Source: an uncultured virus (IMG/VR IMGVR_UViG_2049941000_000247) (taxonomy: Duplodnaviria > Heunggongvirae > Uroviricota > Caudoviricetes). From it: a stretch of 45,687 nucleotides of DNA. How positions within the stretch are numbered: position 1 is the stretch's first letter; each line of letters starts with the position of its first letter. Below are positions 11,795-21,157 of the stretch, piece after piece. The notes under the pieces were generated by a model. It did no database searches. It had not been told where the DNA came from and saw only the letters and a list, made by a program, of their open reading frames with translations. The stretch lies in the IMG/VR virus record IMGVR_UViG_2049941000_000247. One strand, written 5' to 3'. The position numbers and the translations under genes are program-made.

Positions 11795-12817
11795 TCATAG
11801 ATTCCATTCCGCCTTATCAATCCCTGTTTCTATTGCGGCCATCGCCGCAAAGAACGGATAAAACTGCTGCGGTACAACAGCATTTCCTAAGCATCTGATC
11901 CTGTCCACCCTGTTTGGTACCCCATCATCCACTCTAGGAATCGGAGGTTCATGTGGCCAATCCTCCCAAGCGGGGTGACTTCCAAAAAGCTTCTCAGGAG
12001 CCCGTCGTATCCATGCCTGTCCGTCGGCTTCTCCGGTGTCCAATATCTCGTTGTGATCCCGCCCTTGTAATCTGTCTGCGTTGGTGTCGGCATGAGTTCC
12101 GTGAACTTCTGCTCGTAACCCATCAGCCATTCCAGAAGTCCGGGGTTCGTCTTGCCGCCATTCCCCTGAGACAGCTGCCTCCGCTCCTCTTCTGTTATCA
12201 TTCCGATCTCCGCCATGCGTTGGAGCGTCTTGAAGTTCTCCGTTCCGCCGCACAGACCAGCACCTGTGGATGGNNNNNNNNNNNNNNNNNNNNNNNNNNN
12301 NNNNNNNNNNNNNNNNNNNNNNNNNNNNNACAATAGCGACCCGTTCCCTTTTGTGCGGGGCGTCGACGCCGCAAGCCGGAATAACAAACGGTTGGACTTC
12401 GTAACCTTCGTTTTCCAAGTCAGCACACACCGTGTCGAGTGCCAGATTGATGATCCCAGGCACATTTTCACCAAGCACCCAAGAGGGCTTGAGTTCTGAT
12501 ATGACTCTAAGCATTTCAGGCCAGAGGTAACGGTCATCGTCAACGCCTCTTTGCTTCCCGGCAAGGGAAAACGGCTGGCACGGGAATCCGCCAGAAACGA
12601 GGTCGACTGTTTTGAGCCCTGTCTTCTTATAAAAATCATCTCCTGTAAGTGTCCTTATATCTCTACATCTTGGAACATCTGGCCAGTGCTTTTCAAGAAT
12701 CTTGAATGGATAATCAGCCCACTCGCACTGCCACACAGTAACAAATCCGGCCATCTCTGCAGCGATATCCAATCCGCCTATGCCGGAAAACAATGAAAGA
12801 TGTGTAAGCGCCCTCAT
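11795..12817 (-). CDS. DNA (cytosine-5)-methyltransferase, large (alpha) polypeptide
   Basis: Motifs I FSGIGG, IV GGFPCQPFS, VI ENVPG, VIII PHKRERV, X RIRCLGNAVVPQ. No motif IX in this frame. Internal N gap. Confidence 0.92.
   Translation of the reverse strand: MRALTHLSLFSGIGGLDIAAEMAGFVTVWQCEWADYPFKILEKHWPDVPRCRDIRTLTGDDFYKKTGLKTVDLVSGGFPCQPFSLAGKQRGVDDDRYLWPEMLRVISELKPSWVLGENVPGIINLALDTVCADLENEGYEVQPFVIPACGVDAPHKRERVAIXXXXXXXXXXXXXXXXXXXXIHRCWSVRRNGELQDAPTHGGDRNDNRRGAEAAVSGEWRQDEPRTSGMADGLRAEVHGTHADTNADRLQGRDHNEILDTGEADGQAWIRRAPEKLFGSHPAWEDWPHEPPIPRVDDGVPNRVDRIRCLGNAVVPQQFYPFFAAMAAIETGIDKAEWNL
11887..12639 (-). CDS. Overlapping-frame small (beta) polypeptide of the methyltransferase carrying motif IX (true start uncertain)
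   Basis: Alternative frame open for ~250 codons inside the MTase gene. Contains NPGLLEWLMGY and NLRFLEWMMGYQTGWT (motif IX-like) and PTPTQTDYKG. Confidence 0.75.
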   Translation of the reverse strand: MIFIRRQGSKQSTSFLADSRASRFPLPGSKEALTMTVTSGLKCLESYQNSSPLGCLVKMCLGSSIWHSTRCVLTWKTKVTKSNRLLFRLAASTPRTKGNGSLLXXXXXXXXXXXXXXXXXXXPSTGAGLCGGTENFKTLQRMAEIGMITEEERRQLSQGNGGKTNPGLLEWLMGYEQKFTELMPTPTQTDYKGGITTRYWTPEKPTDRHGYDGLLRSFLEVTPLGRIGHMNLRFLEWMMGYQTGWTGSDA

Positions 12818-13266
12818 TATTTATTACCATTCTTTCCTGTCGACGCCATCTTTTCATCGCGTCGTCTCTTTTTATAATCATCGTAATCGCCCCATCCGCC
12901 GTACTTCTTCGCATAGGCGACCCATTTATAATCCACATCCGGATACCGATACCAAAACAGCTTGCGTTTCAAAACAGCCGTTGTATCAGGGCAACCTTTG
13001 ATATCAATCACCTCAACGTGGCCATCTTTGTATTTGATATAGAAATCGGCTACATAAACGATTGCGCGCACAGTAATACCGTTATGTTTGAACTTTGGTT
13101 GCAACTCGTATGGTTTCTGTAACTCATACTCCACCACATCGCCGCTCTCCACTAAGGGGCAAAGCACATCGCGGTAATACTTCATCTCAAGAGCCGAATC
13201 AAACACGATACCGGCATATGTACGTTTGTCGTCATTTTTGTCTACATTGAATTTTGTTCTTGTCAA
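12817..13266 (-). CDS. DUF1064-like PD-(D/E)xK nuclease
   Basis: GIVFDSALE...LQKPYELQP...YVADF...VIDIKG pattern. Confidence 0.8.
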   Translation of the reverse strand: MTRTKFNVDKNDDKRTYAGIVFDSALEMKYYRDVLCPLVESGDVVEYELQKPYELQPKFKHNGITVRAIVYVADFYIKYKDGHVEVIDIKGCPDTTAVLKRKLFWYRYPDVDYKWVAYAKKYGGWGDYDDYKKRRRDEKMASTGKNGNK

Positions 13267-13280
13267 TCAATCACCCCAGT

Positions 13281-13309
13281 AAAAAAGGCTGCGCCGAATG
13301 GCGCAGCCT
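13281..13309 (-). terminator. Rho-independent terminator
   Basis: Minus strand AGGCTGCGCC-ATTC-GGCGCAGCCT followed by a T run. Confidence 0.8.
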
Positions 13310-13315
13310 CTTCTT

Positions 13316-13492
13316 CTATTTTTTCTCTTCTGTATCTGCTTTTCTCGCGGCTTCCACAGCTGCGAAATACTCCGCGGCGTGTTCTGGGCAGCAGGCAACG
13401 TCCTGCCACCTGAATATGTCTTTACTCCTCCACGTTTTGCAGTACGGGTATTCTTTCCCGCAGATTTTGCATACCCTGATAGCTTTTTCCAT
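13316..13492 (-). CDS. Small Zn-binding protein (58 aa, MEKAIRVCKICGKEY...CCPEH)
   Basis: CxxC, C, CCxxH pattern. ATG just downstream of the tail tube stop. Confidence 0.75.
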   Translation of the reverse strand: MEKAIRVCKICGKEYPYCKTWRSKDIFRWQDVACCPEHAAEYFAAVEAARKADTEEKK

Positions 13493-13499
13493 ACTTTGA

Positions 13500-15017
13500 T
13501 CAGGCGTCCTCCGTATCAACGCCGAACACGGTATACGTCCACAACTGACCTTCTGTACCGCACGCACCTGCGAGGGCTTCCGCTTCAAAGTTGTGGATCG
13601 TCTGATTATCACCCATGTCGAACGTGAACTCGCCGTTGAAGTCAGCCTTGGGAATGAAGAACTGCACGCGATAAATGTTTGCGCACTTATCTTCCGCCAG
13701 AGCGTCGATGTACAGCGTAGCCTTGCCGGAGAAGAAATCACTGTAGTTGATAAGCTGGTCGGCATGCACACGCCTGTTGTAGAACGCGACCACCTCACCG
13801 CCGTCGGCGATATCATTCGGATTGAAATAGATCCTGTCGTTCTCCTCATCGTAGTAGAAGTTACCTCGCACCACAGGAATGCCAAGATCAGACTGAACGA
13901 GCGCGTCGCCAAGCGTTCCGTCTCCGTTACGCGGATGCACACCGGTCAGTTCGCTGCCGACAGTGCCGACAGCCTTGTATGAAAGCTGCGCATACCGTTC
14001 GCCTGCGTCTTCGAGATACGGCGTTACGACAAAGTTGTCATATGTTCCTTCGCCCAGATAGATACAGATAGAACATGTCGATGTTGATGTGATAGTCACA
14101 ATAATATCATCGGCATATGCAGACCAACTTTTGCCGCCGCCGCTCAAGCATACATTTACGGTATTATTGGCACCGACGCCTTTCAGCCTGTAATTTCCAG
14201 GCTGGAGTTCGAGCCCCGTACAAACAGTAAAACCGCCCGGTTTATTGTCCGCAACGCCATCGATCGTAACGGTACCATCCTCGTTATCAGTATAGGTCAG
14301 CCCTTCATTTAATGAATCTGTTTTCGTCGTATCTGTAAACGGATACGTGATGATGTTCGTACCGGCGCCAGGAGCATATGTCTGAGCAGACAGATAATCC
14401 GTCCACATGACCTCGAAACCAATATCATTCTCTTTTTCGACTTTAACGTAAGCCGATGTTGCGCCGTATGCCATCTCAACAAACAAATATTCCGCGTCAC
14501 TGCCAGTAGTAATCGTCTTCCGCGAAGAATCAGATTCTCTATCGGTATACCCATATACGCTGACTCCGTCCGCAGGTGTAGTTTTTGTCCAGCCAATGTT
14601 AAATGTAAGGATATACCCCGGTGCAGGCCCGACATGATATGTGGTATTCGGCTCACATTCCGCGTAAATTATGTTCGTAGTATACGAATTGGATACATCT
14701 ATTTCTCCATTTACTATTTGAGCCTTATTGATCATGGTAAACTCGGGTTCGTACACCTGTATCTCAATACCGTCGTTGAACTGACCGCCTGTCTGCATTT
14801 CAAGCAGACCACCGGAAACCATTCCGTCTGCGCCGCTGATCGTCACAGCTTTATTGCGCTTCAGTGAATTGAGCTTCCTGCCTCCTTTGCCGGTCATGTC
14901 CACTTTATCCTGCGTCTGTGCGATCGAAACACTCTGAAGCTCATCAAGCGTAAACTTGTATGCGCCGCTTACAACGTCGAAAGCGTTGATTGTCTCAAGG
15001 CTAGTAATAGTGAGGTC
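13500..15017 (-). CDS. Major tail (tube) protein paralog 2 with two inserted domains (start lies in gap)
   Basis: N-terminal ~80 aa and C-terminal part nearly identical to the 15727 paralog, plus two ~115-130-aa insertions. Confidence 0.8.
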   Translation of the reverse strand, partial: DLTITSLETINAFDVVSGAYKFTLDELQSVSIAQTQDKVDMTGKGGRKLNSLKRNKAVTISGADGMVSGGLLEMQTGGQFNDGIEIQVYEPEFTMINKAQIVNGEIDVSNSYTTNIIYAECEPNTTYHVGPAPGYILTFNIGWTKTTPADGVSVYGYTDRESDSSRKTITTGSDAEYLFVEMAYGATSAYVKVEKENDIGFEVMWTDYLSAQTYAPGAGTNIITYPFTDTTKTDSLNEGLTYTDNEDGTVTIDGVADNKPGGFTVCTGLELQPGNYRLKGVGANNTVNVCLSGGGKSWSAYADDIIVTITSTSTCSICIYLGEGTYDNFVVTPYLEDAGERYAQLSYKAVGTVGSELTGVHPRNGDGTLGDALVQSDLGIPVVRGNFYYDEENDRIYFNPNDIADGGEVVAFYNRRVHADQLINYSDFFSGKATLYIDALAEDKCANIYRVQFFIPKADFNGEFTFDMGDNQTIHNFEAEALAGACGTEGQLWTYTVFGVDTEDA

Positions 15018-15105
15018 NNNNNNNNNNNNNNNNNNNNNNNNNNNNNNNNNNNNNNNNNNNNNNNNNNNNNNNNNNNNNNNNNNNNNNNNNNNNNNNNNNN
15101 NNNNN

Positions 15106-15727
15106 NGTTCGCGCACTTGTCCTCGGCCAGAGCATCGATATACAGCGTAGCCTTGCCGGAGAACTTATCGCTCTCATTGACAAGAGTATCCGCAACGATC
15201 TTGCGCTCATAGAACACAATGATCTCGGTCTTATCAGCCACGTCAGTATGGAAGGTGAGCTTCTTAGTGGCCGGGGCATACGCAAACTTGCCGGCCGCAG
15301 CTCCAGAATCCTGAGTCAGGTGAGTGCCGAGCGTACCGTCGCTGTTGCGGATGTAAAGGTCAACGATCTCTTCGCCTGCAGTGCCGACAGCCTTATAAGT
15401 AGTAGTGGCCTCATGAGAAGAATTGACGGTCAGATAATCCGTCCACATCACATAGGTGTTGCCATTGGTGAAGGCGCTGCCGGTCTGCATCTCAAGCAGG
15501 CCGCCGGACACCATGCCGTTGGCGCCGCTGATGGTGACAGCCTTATTCCTCTTCAGGCTGTTCAGTTTACGACCACCCTTACCAGTCATGTCGACCTTAT
15601 CCTGAGTCTGGGCGATGGAAGCATTCTGGAGCTCGTCCAGAGTAAACTTGTACGCGCCGCTTACAACGTCGAAAGCGGTAATGGTTTCCAGACTGGTAAT
15701 AGTCAGATCAGGGAAAGACAAAGCCAT
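15106..15727 (-). CDS. Major tail (tube) protein paralog 1 (3' end in gap; C-terminus appears at 20995-21157)
   Basis: RBS AGGAGGT, GC3-rich codons like the capsid gene, position after the connectors. Confidence 0.8.
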
Positions 15728-15803
15728 TGTACATACCTCCTAGTAGTTAATTACTTGCCAAACATACAAAAATCGCCTGGGCTCCACCCAGACGAAGCTT
15801 GGC

Positions 15804-16523
15804 TTATTTATGCGTCAGCCAGTTCAAATCTTCCTGGCTCAACTTCTTTGCATCGATCGTGCCGGCGTATACGCCGTGCATCCTGTTGTCATAGTCGATC
15901 TTGTTTACGATCTGCGTGATGCTCTCATTGAATTGATAGATCGTCAGATCCAGGACCGATTCATAGTCATACTTGAACTGCTCTGTATTAACGAGCGCGA
16001 CGATAAACTGTTCAAGCTGCGATACCTGAGCCTTGCTCTGTCTGCGCTTAGCCTTCGTTTTCGCCCGTTCAAGCAGGTACTCTTTTGCCTCTGTGTTGGC
16101 AGGCTTTCGCTTGTCAACCTTCATATGGTGTATCATTCTCACAGTTCGTGCGATCTTACCCTGTATGCCTCGGTCGATCATCATTCCGCTCTGCCCGTCA
16201 TACAGTACGAGCATCCCGTTCTTAGGATTCGCCCCTACCTGAAAGCCGGACAGATCGAGATCACCGAACAGCAGATGCGTATCCTGCGTCTTCAATCCCT
16301 GGAACAGCATAAGGAACAGGTCATAATCGTTGATCTGTGTAAAATCAACGCCTATTTCGTCAAGCTGTACCATCATGTCGATCGGCATCGCGGTCATGCA
16401 GGAAACCAAACCGTAGTACTCGTCTTCGCCGAATTCAAGGATCTCGCCGAGCGTAGGGACAACGATAGAAATATTGTCGTTGATCTTGCACCGGCGCTTG
16501 TAAAGCATGCTGATCGTGCTCAT
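15804..16523 (-). CDS. Hypothetical virion morphogenesis protein (239 aa)
   Basis: Clean ORF, ATGA-coupled, between the connectors and the tail tube gene. Confidence 0.7.
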   Translation of the reverse strand: MSTISMLYKRRCKINDNISIVVPTLGEILEFGEDEYYGLVSCMTAMPIDMMVQLDEIGVDFTQINDYDLFLMLFQGLKTQDTHLLFGDLDLSGFQVGANPKNGMLVLYDGQSGMMIDRGIQGKIARTVRMIHHMKVDKRKPANTEAKEYLLERAKTKAKRRQSKAQVSQLEQFIVALVNTEQFKYDYESVLDLTIYQFNESITQIVNKIDYDNRMHGVYAGTIDAKKLSQEDLNWLTHK

Positions 16524-17023
16524 GCGTCAGTTTTCCTGTTGGATGGTATAGGCTTCTTCGGATCGTAGACCTTATTGAACTCAACAGCGCGGAACGTAAG
16601 CACCTTCCCCTGATAATCGGTCATAGGCGCGAAACGCTTCGCCGCGTAAATATTGAGCTCACCGAGCCCGTACCTCCTGCTCCCGTTGATCACTTCGCAG
16701 ATAGCGGAGCACAGCTTGTCTGTCCTCACACCGCCCTCAGGCAGCCTGAGCAGACTCTTGTGCGTAAATACCCATATGTATAAGATCGGCTCAAGGAATG
16801 TCTTGTTCAGAGACTTGTTCTGAATATCTACGTCAAAGCAGATATAGGTTTTGCCGATCTCGACTGTTTCAGGGATGTACTCAAACGGAAAGACCTGAGA
16901 GTAAGCGAGATCCGCCGCATCTTCCAAATCGATATCACTGTCGATCAGATGCACGATCTCCTCATTGGTAAGCAGGTCGCCCATAAGCTGGTTCTTGTAG
17001 TCAAAGAAATCGTTAAGCTGCAA
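16520..17023 (-). CDS. Putative tail terminator/completion protein (167 aa)
   Basis: Size and position in the connector cluster. Function is inference. Confidence 0.6.
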   Translation of the reverse strand: MQLNDFFDYKNQLMGDLLTNEEIVHLIDSDIDLEDAADLAYSQVFPFEYIPETVEIGKTYICFDVDIQNKSLNKTFLEPILYIWVFTHKSLLRLPEGGVRTDKLCSAICEVINGSRRYGLGELNIYAAKRFAPMTDYQGKVLTFRAVEFNKVYDPKKPIPSNRKTDA

Positions 17024-17808
17024 TTACAACCACACCTTCTTTCCCGCTTCCTGTTCCTGAGGAACATCTGGCGTGTTTCCGTCATTCACGCTTTCGCTGC
17101 CATCCTGCTCAGCGTCAACGGGAAAGTGCAGATAATAGTCAGCAATACCCAACTCCTGATTGTCATCATCTGTCGTATTGACTTCCTGAAGCACGAATTT
17201 GAAAACTCCTTCTCCGTTATGGCTCCAACCCAATTTCAGAGGCTTGGAAAGAGTGTATGCCAATTTCAGCGGAGAATCCTCATCGTCGATGAGAAAGCGA
17301 TTCTTTCTTCCGAATTTTACTGTCTCTATGTTGCGCGCAATGGATAAGTAGATACGAGAATCACCACGCGCTGTGATGAAGTACCTATCCTCGTCATTCC
17401 GANNNNNNNNNNTCGCCAGTCAAATATTTTGTCCCATCCTCTACCACGCACCACTGCTCACAGATCCTGTTATCATCCGACACCCACCTAAGCAGATGAT
17501 TGCACTGGATCATTTTTGCACGTGTGTACACCGTGGTATTGGCGTCCTTTTCCGCGACGAGCCAATAGTTATCCATCCACCGCACCAGGCTTCCGCATTT
17601 CAGCTCCTCGCCGGGCATGGAATAAATGTATTTCTCATCGAGATTGTCAGAATTGATGATGGCGACTTCCTGCGGCACGGTCACCGCAAGAATGTCGTCC
17701 GTAAGATTGTATCCGTGAGCGGCATCGAAGATCAGCGCCTGGTGATNNNNNNNNNNTCGTTCCGCCCATCGTTTCTATCCTGTCCTGATAGATATCCCAA
17801 GCGCCCAT
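17024..17808 (-). CDS. Putative head closure/connector protein (broken by two 10-N gaps)
   Basis: ATG 17808 (MGAWDIYQDR). Segments ...CGSLVRWMDNYWLV...CNHLLRW and RFLIDD...YTLSK follow on across the gaps. Confidence 0.65.
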
Positions 17809-17809
17809 C

Positions 17810-18148
17810 TCAACACCCCCTCTTCTCGTAGAGGTATTTCAGCCGCTTGCATATGCGTATCGCCCTGAATGCCTCTCTGCGAACAGACGCAAATTTGCAC
17901 TCCGGGTGATCCACCAGATACTGCAATATGGCAAGCAGCGTCATATACTCATCGTCCACGCAGAGCTCAGGAATGAATTCTCTGCACCCAAGCAGCTCCA
18001 TCTGCAGGCTCTGCATATAGACAGGAAGCGTCTCCTCTTCGCTCTCCCGTATCGGGATGATCTTGAAAAACCGATCTACGAGAGAGTCGAAATAATTACG
18101 AAGAAGCTTCGTGTCAACGGGGACGCCGACGACCGTTTCAACATTCAT
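17810..18148 (-). CDS. Hypothetical protein (112 aa)
   Basis: Clean, translationally coupled ORF in the head-tail cluster. Confidence 0.7.
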   Translation of the reverse strand: MNVETVVGVPVDTKLLRNYFDSLVDRFFKIIPIRESEEETLPVYMQSLQMELLGCREFIPELCVDDEYMTLLAILQYLVDHPECKFASVRREAFRAIRICKRLKYLYEKRGC

Positions 18149-18772
18149 ATGTGAAGAGTAGTCAGGTCCCCGTGATTATAGCTGTACTCGCGGATCATCT
18201 GAGTATAGTCGCGCTGTACCTTTGCGTATGCGTTCCCGATACGCATAAGAAGCTCAGCAGGGGAGTAGGTAGTAAAATCTCTTGTATTCATTAAATTTTC
18301 CAGCATTTCCTGACGGTACAGATACGGTTTCATCCACTGGATAAGCATCCCTTNNNNNNNNNNNNNNNNNNNNNNNNNNNNNNNNNNNNNNNNNNNNNNN
18401 NNNNNNNNNNNNNNNNNNNNNNNNNNNNNNNNNNNNNNNNNNNNNNNNNNNNNNNNNNNNNNNNNNNNNNNNNNNNNNNNNNNNNNNNNNNNNNNNNNNN
18501 NNNNNNNNNNNNNNNNNNNNNNNNNNNNNNNNNNNNNNNNNNNNNNNNNNNNNNNNNNNNNNNNNNNNNNNNNNNNNNNNNNNNNNNNNNNNNNNNNNNN
18601 NNNNNNNNNNNNNNNNNNNNNNNNNNNNNNNNNNNNNNNNNNNNNNNNNNATCGCCCGTTTCATATATCCGTCGATCAACTCCGTTCTGTGATCCTCTTC
18701 AAGCTGGATAAATTCATACTCTGAGATCTTACTGAGAAAGGCGCCGGTAAAAACGTCATAAGAAACGCCCAT
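18145..18772 (-). CDS. Putative head-tail adaptor protein (central gap)
   Basis: RBS AAGGAGG, then ATG MGVSYDVFTGAFLSKISEYEF. C-terminal part ...RDFTTYSPAELLMRI...YSY. Confidence 0.65.
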
Positions 18773-18782
18773 ATCGGCCTCC

Positions 18783-19304
18783 TTATTTTTCCACAAGCTC
18801 AACTCCGAGCGCTTCCTCAAGCGCCTGGATCACCTTGCGCGAATCGATCTCTCCGCTGGAAATCAGCTCAGTGGCGCGATAGACCAAAGACCGCCGCTGC
18901 CCATTCGAAAGATCACCGATGATATTCTTGATCTGCGCAGGTGTCTTGGAGAAGATGTTATCAAAGTCCTCGATCTTCACGGCGTGCTTGTAATACTTCC
19001 GCATGCCGAGATAGTCGATGATCCACGGCTCATCAAACATAAACCAATTGTTGATAAAGAACGACTTCTTTGAGTTCTTCGCGTTGCGAAGCTCACGGAG
19101 CTGCATCTCCTGCTCATCGCCGAAGTCACTCCACACAAACTTCTCTCCGCTTCTTGAGCTCTTATAAATGAGCTTCCCATGGAAACCGTTGCGCACGATC
19201 ACATACTGCTCCGGATCAATCTCCTTCGGAGAGATCACCTCTTTGGCCGCAGCCTCATCTTCCACAAGTTCATCCGCTGTGGATTTAGGTTTTGTATTTG
19301 CCAT
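18783..19304 (-). CDS. Hypothetical protein downstream of the major capsid gene (173 aa)
   Basis: RBS AAAGGA, clean ORF ending IDSRKVIQALEEALGVEL. Confidence 0.75.
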   Translation of the reverse strand: MANTKPKSTADELVEDEAAAKEVISPKEIDPEQYVIVRNGFHGKLIYKSSRSGEKFVWSDFGDEQEMQLRELRNAKNSKKSFFINNWFMFDEPWIIDYLGMRKYYKHAVKIEDFDNIFSKTPAQIKNIIGDLSNGQRRSLVYRATELISSGEIDSRKVIQALEEALGVELVEK

Positions 19305-19355
19305 AATTCATCCTTTCATTCGAAGCTTTTCAGCTTATAAGTATTATGTGTTTGA

Positions 19356-20372
19356 TCAGTCGGTCTCGATCTCGTAACGGCCGATGCCGGTATTCTGAGC
19401 AAGCACGATGCCAAGACCCCAGCGGCTCGCATAGAAGTACTCCTGGGTCAGGTCAGCATTGCGCAGAGGATCGCCCATGATCACAATGGGATTGCCCTCA
19501 TAGACCAGCTTGAGCGGGCGGTCGTCCCCGGCCACGATAGTCAGCAGATTGTCGTTGAGCACAAACTCAGTAGTGCCGACCTTATGGCGCTGCGGAGTCA
19601 CAACGACAGGAGAGCCGTAGAACTTGCCATAGAAGCCAAGATTGTACAGGTCTTCCTTGGCAGAATCAGCCATGATGCTGGGAGCCAGATTCCGGATAGC
19701 CTTCTTGGTGCCGATGATGGTAGCAGACTTGCCGCCAGCAGCAGCCTCAACATGGGCGATCAGGTCAAGCAGGTCGTCCTCATCGTAGTCGCCGGCAGCG
19801 GGGAAGAAGGTGGTGCCGCCCATCTGATCGGCGGTGGCGGTGATCCACAGAGAATAGACGTCGTTCAGGATCTGATTTCTGAAGGACTTCGCCACGCTGG
19901 CGATCATCTCATTGAAATCGACGCGTCCGGCCAGCACGCGATTGAGCTCCTCATAAATCCGGACAGCCTTCAGGACAGTGGGGATAGAGGTCTCAGTGGT
20001 GCCGCCAAGACGCTGACGGCGGATGCTCTGGGTGCCCTCCGCGATCTCAGCCACAGCAAACAGATCGCTGTCCTTTACGACGAACCGGTTCTCGTCGCCG
20101 AGAGCCATATTGCGGGTGTCGACAAGAGCGTTGAAATAGTCGTTCTCAGTCAGCTCATCCCAGACAGTCTTGTCAAGGATCTCCTCAATAATCGTGAACA
20201 GACCCTGGCACTTGCCGTCGCGAATGTCACGATAGTTCAGAGTAGTACTGCCGTTGTTGGCCTCGATCAGAGCCTGACGCAGAGTATCCTGAGCCTGGGA
20301 GGCAGAATACTTCTCAACATTGCCCTTGAACCCATCAACGGCGAGCTTCACAATATCTTTCATTTCAGCCAT
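19356..20372 (-). CDS. Major capsid protein (338 aa)
   Basis: Strong RBS AAGGAGGT, strongly biased codons, typical size, position after the protease and decoration genes. Confidence 0.85.
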   Translation of the reverse strand: MAEMKDIVKLAVDGFKGNVEKYSASQAQDTLRQALIEANNGSTTLNYRDIRDGKCQGLFTIIEEILDKTVWDELTENDYFNALVDTRNMALGDENRFVVKDSDLFAVAEIAEGTQSIRRQRLGGTTETSIPTVLKAVRIYEELNRVLAGRVDFNEMIASVAKSFRNQILNDVYSLWITATADQMGGTTFFPAAGDYDEDDLLDLIAHVEAAAGGKSATIIGTKKAIRNLAPSIMADSAKEDLYNLGFYGKFYGSPVVVTPQRHKVGTTEFVLNDNLLTIVAGDDRPLKLVYEGNPIVIMGDPLRNADLTQEYFYASRWGLGIVLAQNTGIGRYEIETD

Positions 20373-20399
20373 TGCTGTATACCTCCTTTATAGAATCAG

Positions 20400-20933
20400 T
20401 TACGCTACGCAGATAACGTAGTAGGTGTACTTGCCAGCCTTCTCGATCGCAATGATCTTGCCGACAGTGGTAGTGCTGGCGGTAGCGGAAGACACAACCT
20501 TCATCTTGATCTTGTTGTTCTGAAGCTCGATCAGATCGCCGACAGAGATCTCGCTCAGCGCGGTCTCAAACGCATCGGCAGTCAGGGAGAAGGTATCAGC
20601 GTGATGGAAGCGATAGCCGCGAGCGATCCTCCCAGCCTCGTTGATAAACTCATCAAGGTCGCGCTTCCTCTCGTCATACATAAGCTCGGGGGTAGCGATC
20701 AGGCAGAGATCGCCGAGAGCGTCGCCCTTCGCAGGGGCAGTGCCCTTATAAACCTCACGCTGGCCGTCCATCAGATCACCGATCTTCAGAACGCAGCCGT
20801 TCTCAATAGCCGTCTCAACATCGACGGGCTCAGCACCGGAGCTGTCAGTCACGATATACTTGATGGAAACGAGACCGCCGCCCCTGACATCAGTCGCGTA
20901 CATGTTGTCGGTACGCACAACGCCGTAAGCCAT
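20400..20933 (-). CDS. Capsid decoration/cement-like protein (177 aa)
   Basis: RBS AGGAGG, beta-rich sequence, between scaffold and capsid genes. Confidence 0.7.
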   Translation of the reverse strand: MAYGVVRTDNMYATDVRGGGLVSIKYIVTDSSGAEPVDVETAIENGCVLKIGDLMDGQREVYKGTAPAKGDALGDLCLIATPELMYDERKRDLDEFINEAGRIARGYRFHHADTFSLTADAFETALSEISVGDLIELQNNKIKMKVVSSATASTTTVGKIIAIEKAGKYTYYVICVA

Positions 20934-20994
20934 AGTTCATTCCTCCTATTTTTGGATAAAATAAATGGCCGCCATATATGGCGGNNNNNNNNNN

Positions 20995-21157
20995 AGTATT
21001 CACACCAAACACAGTGAAGGTCCAAAGCTGGCCGGCGGTGCCGCAAGCACCGGCAAGCGCCTCAGCTTCGAAGTTATGGACGGTCTGGTTGTCGCCCATG
21101 TCAAAGGTAAACTCGCCGTTGAAGTCAGCCTTGGGCACATAGAACTGCACGCGGTAC
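20995..21157 (-). other. Misplaced contig: C-terminus of tail tube paralog 1
   Basis: YRVQFYVPKADFNGEFTFDMGDNQTVHNFEAEALAGACGTAGQLWTFTVFGVNT continues paralog 1, which breaks off at EDKCAN. Flanked by N gaps on both sides. Confidence 0.8.

Noticed and set aside
13316..13942. 208-aa ORF overlapping the tail tube 3' end, suggesting a frameshift extension
   Set aside because: Only the last 58 codons look protein-like and they have their own ATG; no clear slippery site seen.
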